From a virus: DNA of 64,000 nucleotides. The notes under the pieces are model-generated. The model was not told the origin of the DNA, ran no database searches, and saw only the letters and a list, made by a program, of their open reading frames with translations. Positions 58,741 to 64,000 of this stretch are shown here, in pieces. The stretch lies in the IMG/VR virus record IMGVR_UViG_3300044655_001360; one strand, given 5' to 3'. Within the stretch, counting starts at the first letter, position 1; every line of letters starts with the position of its first letter. The translations under genes were made by a program, and so were the position numbers.

Positions 58741-59552
58741 TAGAGTTCCTCGTGCATTTTGTCAGATTTGGTACTGAATCCTACATTACCAATCGCAGAT
58801 TTAACTTGGTTTGGGTTGAATGCAACGACGATTGCACCTTCATGTTTATTTTCGAGGAACATCATACCATCATAGCCAGCTGATATTAAATCATTACGTA
58901 GTAATGAACCACCACCGGTTAAGTATTTGTGGGTATCATGTAAATCAAATGAGGAACGGACACCATTCAAATAATTGACGATACTATCCAATGTATCAGA
59001 TGATAATGACACATTAGCGGTTTTCATTAATTTAACAAACTCGTCCATATCAGAAATGTATTCTTGCCGTAATCTTATTGGATTTCTTATATTTAAAAAT
59101 ACGGCTTGTGTATTACCCGTGTCACCTGTGTAATGGGTGGCATCGCTCGAGTCTGTACTAAAGAAAAATCCAAATGTATTACTTACTGATTTATGTGTTA
59201 GGTTTTGCTTATCATAAGAGAATGTATCACCAAAATCTTCGACGTTGCCTCGATAGCATACTAATGGTTCTTCATTCGCGCCAACGATTTCACTAGATTG
59301 ATACTTATGTTCATCGTGTTCCCAATCACCAAACCATGCTTTGAATTCAGGGGTTCTTACCATGCGGTATTGACCAGCATTTAATTTGGAAGGTTTTCCA
59401 TTTGGTGCCAATCGTTGTTCTGGTTTATCAACCTTTTGAGGTTCTTGTTTGACTGGTTCTGCCTTAACGGGTTCTTGAACTTCATCATCTTTTGGCTGTT
59501 CTACCTCAGATTCAATCAACTTTAATTTGTCTAAAAGATAACGGATTTCCAT
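58740..59552 (-). CDS. ADP-ribosyltransferase-like (ART-PolyVal-type) paralogue with identical leader
   Basis: Same motif series; real start MEIRY at 59552. Confidence 0.7.
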   Translation of the reverse strand: MEIRYLLDKLKLIESEVEQPKDDEVQEPVKAEPVKQEPQKVDKPEQRLAPNGKPSKLNAGQYRMVRTPEFKAWFGDWEHDEHKYQSSEIVGANEEPLVCYRGNVEDFGDTFSYDKQNLTHKSVSNTFGFFFSTDSSDATHYTGDTGNTQAVFLNIRNPIRLRQEYISDMDEFVKLMKTANVSLSSDTLDSIVNYLNGVRSSFDLHDTHKYLTGGGSLLRNDLISAGYDGMMFLENKHEGAIVVAFNPNQVKSAIGNVGFSTKSDKMHEEL

Positions 59553-59553
59553 A

Positions 59554-59787
59554 CTATTTCTTCTTTTTCTCAGGTAGGCCTTTATGCTTAGTGCTAGCAA
59601 AGTCTTTAACATCTGATTTACTAATTGACTTAGCCATCTTTGCTATTTTAGGGCTGGATGCATCACCAGTTTCTTGGGCATGTTTAACCGCACCAAACAA
59701 CCGTTGTTGTGCTTTACTCAACGACTTTTCAGCTAGTATTTCTGATTCAATCAAATCCAGTTTATCAAGTATATCTCTCATGTTCAT
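59554..59787 (-). CDS. Small basic protein (DUF3008-like) with leader
   Basis: MRDILDKLDLIESE, then EKS.SKAQQR.FG....DFASTKHKGLPEKK. Confidence 0.7.
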   Translation of the reverse strand: MNMRDILDKLDLIESEILAEKSLSKAQQRLFGAVKHAQETGDASSPKIAKMAKSISKSDVKDFASTKHKGLPEKKKK

Positions 59788-60404
59788 TCCGTCACTCTCA
59801 GTTTTTTGCTCGAAATAACAAAAACCTTTTCAAGTGAAGATTCTGCTCTGGTCCAAACACCATAAGCAAAGTCATAACGACTAATATCACCCGGTTTCTG
59901 TAATTGCTTTAATACATTTTTGTTTAAATCGGCATAGTAGACATTCAAACCACTACCAAATGCTGTATGTAGTTGTCGCATCCAGAACTTTTTACCATCG
60001 GGTGTTTGTTCTGAATCCGCAATAACCGTAAAGTAATCATCTATAAGTTCATTAAACATGCGAGTTGGAAGATTACCAAGTTCGCCTTTATACGCTTTAT
60101 CCATCCATAACCAACGTTGGATAGCAAATTCACCTAATAGTCTATTTGAATCTCGTTCAAATTCCATTAAGTAAACAACTTTATCATCACCGTCAACGCC
60201 TTCACTTTTAGCTGCCATGTAAACATTTCTGGTATTACCTTCGCCGTAGTACAATGTAATCGTATCGGATAGTTTCTCAACTGGCTCGCAAAAACGTCTG
60301 TATTTTGCGAACATCGAGTTATCGGCTTGGCTTGCCATCTTGGGAGTCACTGGATCGATGATCTGTGACATTTCACGGACATTAAACAATTCTAAAAGTA
60401 ACAT
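59784..60404 (-). CDS. Putative head-packaged GNAT-like protein (MLLLELFNVRE|M)
   Basis: Start moved to 60404, just after upstream stop; TVIADSEQTPDGKKFW, GLNVYYAD. Confidence 0.65.
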   Translation of the reverse strand: MLLLELFNVREMSQIIDPVTPKMASQADNSMFAKYRRFCEPVEKLSDTITLYYGEGNTRNVYMAAKSEGVDGDDKVVYLMEFERDSNRLLGEFAIQRWLWMDKAYKGELGNLPTRMFNELIDDYFTVIADSEQTPDGKKFWMRQLHTAFGSGLNVYYADLNKNVLKQLQKPGDISRYDFAYGVWTRAESSLEKVFVISSKKLRVTE

Positions 60405-60405
60405 A

Positions 60406-60897
60406 TTAAACCAACTTAAAAGCCTTAAGGTTTTTCCGAATAGTGCCTGGTCCAACATCTTTTGTTGAGTTTTGTTTGGTAACAATACCAACACCAGCTG
60501 CGTCTTCCATGTTAACCGAGTTCAAATACTCGCCATTACGAATATGCTCTTCTTGTTCAGCAGCGATGTGTCTTGCCAATTCTCTTATTAAAGAATCTGG
60601 GAATTTCTCATCTCGATCTTCAATATCAAAATGATCACAGTATTGGTCAATACTGGTTAATATAGGTTTGATGTAGATTTTATAGATATTTGCATTACCA
60701 ACATACTTGAGATGTTTCTTGGTAACTGGAAAGAAGTGGTTATTCAGTAACTTATCGTCATTATCGATATAGAACTTTAGGTCACCGAGCCAATCAATAT
60801 CCTGCGAATCATCTTCTGATGGGGCACCAATAGGAGAATACTCCTTAGCGTCTTCTGTTAATCGTTTGGTCGATGCGAATAATTCTAGTAATTGCAT
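60406..60897 (-). CDS. Putative head protein with leader (MQLLELF...LTE|D)
   Basis: AAGGA SD; leader; terminal module E|DAAGVGIVTKQNST.DV. Confidence 0.7.
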   Translation of the reverse strand: MQLLELFASTKRLTEDAKEYSPIGAPSEDDSQDIDWLGDLKFYIDNDDKLLNNHFFPVTKKHLKYVGNANIYKIYIKPILTSIDQYCDHFDIEDRDEKFPDSLIRELARHIAAEQEEHIRNGEYLNSVNMEDAAGVGIVTKQNSTKDVGPGTIRKNLKAFKLV

Positions 60898-60918
60898 TTG
60901 TATTCCTTTTTCTTGGTA

Positions 60919-61272
60919 CTAAATCTGATACCGGATTTGTACGATAGTACCTTGTTCTAGTTGATAAGCAGCCCTAATCCAAATGAATTTACCCCAGAAT
61001 GTATATGAGGAATTTGCACTGGATATATATGAACTATCACCACCTAATAAAGTTTCGGGCACGTCAAACCAATCCTGTTCACCCGGATATAACTCTAGGG
61101 TTGCTTGGATTTTAACTGTACCTTTAAACTGGTCAAATTGATAAACAACGAGATGACTTCCATCGTTATTATGTTGATAACCTGCACCTTTTTGCTTAGA
61201 AGTATAGGCAAATTCGGTAGGCATCGAATCATTTGAGTAGTTTGATATTAATATTTGACTTTCTTTTTGCAT
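60919..61272 (-). CDS. Small beta-sandwich virion protein, first gene of late operon
   Basis: ATG at 61272 just after CTAAATA; F.G.VKIQATL...P...DWFDV, F.G.F.WIRA. Confidence 0.65.
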   Translation of the reverse strand: MQKESQILISNYSNDSMPTEFAYTSKQKGAGYQHNNDGSHLVVYQFDQFKGTVKIQATLELYPGEQDWFDVPETLLGGDSSYISSANSSYTFWGKFIWIRAAYQLEQGTIVQIRYQI

Positions 61273-61304
61273 ACCGTATTTAGCTTGAAAGTTCGGTATT
61301 TCTA

Positions 61305-61400
61305 GGCTCGCTCCTAGCGGAGCTCGCATATTATGCGTATATATTGATATATACAAGTTTAACTCTAATATTGGATAGCGAGTGCCGATAGGCACGAGCC
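61305..61400. repeat. Inverted pair of 23-nt hairpin elements
   Basis: GGCTCGCTCCTAGCGGAGCTCGC (+) and GGCTCGTGCCTATCGGCACTCGC (-). Confidence 0.75.
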
Positions 61401-61438
61401 ATAAAAAAAGGGCAGTACCTGAGTACCACCCTTTGGGG

Positions 61439-62098
61439 TTAAGTTACGACATGTTCATAGATTCTACCGATAATGGCTTGGTTTCGCATCCTTAGCATCA
61501 AAAGAGTTTGCTCATCTTCTACTAGGATATATCTTGCATCACCAGACCATCTTGTATACATAATCCAATCTTGGATTGCTTCAGAGAATGTAATACGAGG
61601 TACTTGTGTATTCATCCACTTGATATATTCCTGCTTTTCAGCTGGATCAAGTATCTTATGTGGTTTCAAGAAAACCTTGAACCTATACTTACCATATGGT
61701 AATTTCTTAACAGAAATAACATTGGGTGTATCCAATATAGGATTTGTTAAGTCAGGTTCCCATCTTTCTAAGATTGGAAACTTAGCACTAATCGCATTAT
61801 ACATATTCACGTCATTTGTAAAGATAGAAATATCAAATTCCGTTCTAGCAGTCCAATCCGTTTTTGGATACATATCTACAAAATCAATCAATTCAATGAT
61901 TGCATCTTTATGGAGGTTCAACAAACGTTGTTGATGTTTGGAAAAACTCCAACAATAAGAACCGTTTTCGCAGAATTCTTTCATACGATTGCGGAACTTA
62001 TTGAAGTTTAACAACGCAGCACTGTATTGACTAACATCTATTGTGACTTTGTAAAGCCACTTGTCATAATACTTCTTAGTTGTCGTCTGCGTGATCAT
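61439..62098 (-). CDS. Hypothetical protein
   Basis: ORF overlapping clpA stop; terminator at 61403-61433. Confidence 0.7.
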   Translation of the reverse strand: MITQTTTKKYYDKWLYKVTIDVSQYSAALLNFNKFRNRMKEFCENGSYCWSFSKHQQRLLNLHKDAIIELIDFVDMYPKTDWTARTEFDISIFTNDVNMYNAISAKFPILERWEPDLTNPILDTPNVISVKKLPYGKYRFKVFLKPHKILDPAEKQEYIKWMNTQVPRITFSEAIQDWIMYTRWSGDARYILVEDEQTLLMLRMRNQAIIGRIYEHVVT

Positions 62099-64000
62099 CA
62101 GCTAATACCAATTGCCCATCTTCAACGATCAGTTTTTGATCTGATTCCACTACTGGTTTAACATACTCAGAAACTGTGAAAACGGGTTCGTCATTTTCGA
62201 TAGTAACTTTAACATGACCACCGTTAACCAAATCACCGAATAAAACACGACGACTTAATGGACTTTTCAGTTTAGTATCGATTACTCTTGAAAGAGGTCT
62301 AGCACCCATTTTCTTATCGTATCCAAGTTTAGCTAACCATTCAGCTGTAGTTTCATCGATTTCAATTAAGATATCTTTGTCTTTTAACTGGGCGTTTAAT
62401 TCACCAATGAATTTATCCACGATTTTAAGAACTGTACTATGTTCTAATGGAGCAAACTTGATGATAGCATCTAAACGATTGCGGAATTCAGGTGCAAAGT
62501 ATTCATTAATTGCTTTATCATCTTCACCAGTTCTAGCTAAATCACCAAACCCAATAGTATTACGTTCACTGTCACGAGCACCCAAGTTACTCGTCATAAT
62601 AAGAATACAGTTACGACCATCTGCTTGTTTGCCGTTAGAACCAGTTACAAAGCCATTATCCATGAATTGTAACATGATATTTGTTACATCAGGATGTGCT
62701 TTTTCGATTTCATCGAGTAGAAGAACACAGTGTGGATTTTCTTGCAGTTTAGTAATTAACTGACCTGCGTTGTCTTCAAATCCAACATAACCAGGAGGTG
62801 AACCAATCAATCTTGCCACTGAGTGTTTCTCTTGATATTCACTCATGTCAAAACGAACTAATGGCATGTGCATGTACTTAGCAAGTTGCATAGAAAAATT
62901 TGTTTTACCAACGCCGCTGGGTCCTGGGGCAAGAAAACATCCAATTGGTTTGTTAGGAGCTTTCATACCAGCTTGTGATAAGAAGATTTTATCAACCATT
63001 TTCTCAATAGCTTCGTCTTGTCCAAAGATAACCGATTTCAAATGAGGTTCTAATTCTTGCAAATCCGAACTTTCACGTTGATTCATTGATTCAAGTGGCA
63101 TACCTAGCATTTTAGACAATTCAAATGAAATCTGTTCGATGTCAACTATTTCAGTTACACCTTCAGTTGTCGGATCATCGTTCAATTTGAATCGAGCAGA
63201 AGCACAATCCAAGATATCAATTGCTTTATCTGGAAGTTGCTTGTCATTGATATACTTAACGGACAATTTAACTGCTTGTTCGATAGCTGCTGTAGTAATT
63301 TTCACATTATGATGTGCTTCATAATACTTACGAATACCTTTTAAGATTTTAACTGCCATTTCTGGTGATGGCTCATCCGCAGTAACTCGTTGGAAACGAC
63401 GCATTAATGCACGGTCATTTTCAAAGTGTTTGCGATAATCTTCCCATGTAGTAGAAGCAACAATTTTGATAGTACCTTTAGTTAATAAAGGTTTCAACAT
63501 ATTAGATAAATCATTAGCACTATTACTTGATGCACCAGCACCTTGCATCATATGAGCTTCATCAATGAATAATATAATTTTACCTTTTTTCACTAATGCT
63601 GCCAACACGCCTTTGATGCGTTCTTCAAAATCACCACGATACTTGGTACCAGCTAGTAACGAACTGATATCCAATGAATAAACTTCGTGGTCTTGAATGA
63701 ACTTAGGTACATCTTTCTCGTGAATTTTACGGGCTAGGCCAGCTATAATGGAAGTTTTTCCAACTCCTGGTGAACCGATTAAAAGTGCATTACACTTATG
63801 TCTACGAGCAAGAATCAATTGGATTTCTTCTAACTCGGTTTCACGACCGATAACTGGATCTATTTTGTTATCACGAGCAAGAGCACTCAAGTTAGTGCAA
63901 TACGCATCCAATAACTTATCTGGGTTTTTCGCACTACCAACTGCTTGATCACCCAAGTCACCATCTTCACGATTGGCATTGAAGTGTTTAGCAAACTTTT
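62076..64000 (-). CDS. clpA: ClpA-like AAA+ chaperone (5'-truncated by the window)
   Basis: IDPVIGRE.E, G.PGVGKT, AGTKYRGDFEER, FIDEAH, LPDKAID, GPSGVGKT, DMSEYQE.HSVARLIG.PPGYVG, IGF loop, GARPL; frame open to window end. Confidence 0.95.
   Translation of the reverse strand, partial: KFAKHFNANREDGDLGDQAVGSAKNPDKLLDAYCTNLSALARDNKIDPVIGRETELEEIQLILARRHKCNALLIGSPGVGKTSIIAGLARKIHEKDVPKFIQDHEVYSLDISSLLAGTKYRGDFEERIKGVLAALVKKGKIILFIDEAHMMQGAGASSNSANDLSNMLKPLLTKGTIKIVASTTWEDYRKHFENDRALMRRFQRVTADEPSPEMAVKILKGIRKYYEAHHNVKITTAAIEQAVKLSVKYINDKQLPDKAIDILDCASARFKLNDDPTTEGVTEIVDIEQISFELSKMLGMPLESMNQRESSDLQELEPHLKSVIFGQDEAIEKMVDKIFLSQAGMKAPNKPIGCFLAPGPSGVGKTNFSMQLAKYMHMPLVRFDMSEYQEKHSVARLIGSPPGYVGFEDNAGQLITKLQENPHCVLLLDEIEKAHPDVTNIMLQFMDNGFVTGSNGKQADGRNCILIMTSNLGARDSERNTIGFGDLARTGEDDKAINEYFAPEFRNRLDAIIKFAPLEHSTVLKIVDKFIGELNAQLKDKDILIEIDETTAEWLAKLGYDKKMGARPLSRVIDTKLKSPLSRRVLFGDLVNGGHVKVTIENDEPVFTVSEYVKPVVESDQKLIVEDGQLVLADDHADDN

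Noticed and set aside
57691-61395. Upstream-extended starts in the ORF track (57732, 59612, 60494, 61395; also 7704, 13663, 51053, 52201)
   Set aside because: They overlap upstream genes or promoters; downstream ATGs have SD sites or coupling and start at the conserved motifs
1-64000. Alternative genetic code (stop-codon reassignment)
   Set aside because: Standard code gives dense, full-length genes including a 4516-aa ORF; TAG, TGA and TAA all end genes at sensible positions
1-64000. tRNA genes
   Set aside because: No cloverleaf with a T-loop GTTCRA and matching acceptor stem recognised in intergenic regions by eye; tRNAscan-SE not run

Overview
Segment of a large, AT-rich, distantly T4-related (jumbo-type) myovirus genome; gene order and protein families resemble the Rak2/GAP32/XacN1-like group and uncultured aquatic relatives (inference, no search run). 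Left to right: (i) a 1.2-kb ORF-free region with two repeat arrays and a promoter-driven, highly structured candidate ncRNA/origin; (ii) a minus-strand repair module (RNase HI, Holliday-junction resolvase, Rad50/gp46, Vsr-like endonuclease, Mre11/gp47) and a gp55-like late sigma factor; (iii) a 36.6-kb plus-strand baseplate/tail-fibre operon (gp53-, gp5-, gp25- and gp6-like genes, a 4516-aa giant protein, four ENFLHLLENF paralogues, FG-GAP/LamG adhesins); (iv) a minus-strand replication block with a T4-type flap nuclease, PRTase, sliding clamp and a family-B DNA polymerase fractured by a Ser-initiated split intein with a free-standing endonuclease between the halves; (v) a late operon of small or modular proteins that share N-terminal capsid-targeting-like leaders, including two ADP-ribosyltransferase-like paralogues; (vi) a truncated ClpA. 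Recurrent non-coding signals are sigma70-type promoters, TAAATA late promoters, a 12-mer ATTATCTTTTAG seen at least 15 times, and a 23-nt hairpin family with compensatory stem changes. No tRNA, rRNA or CRISPR-Cas was recognised.
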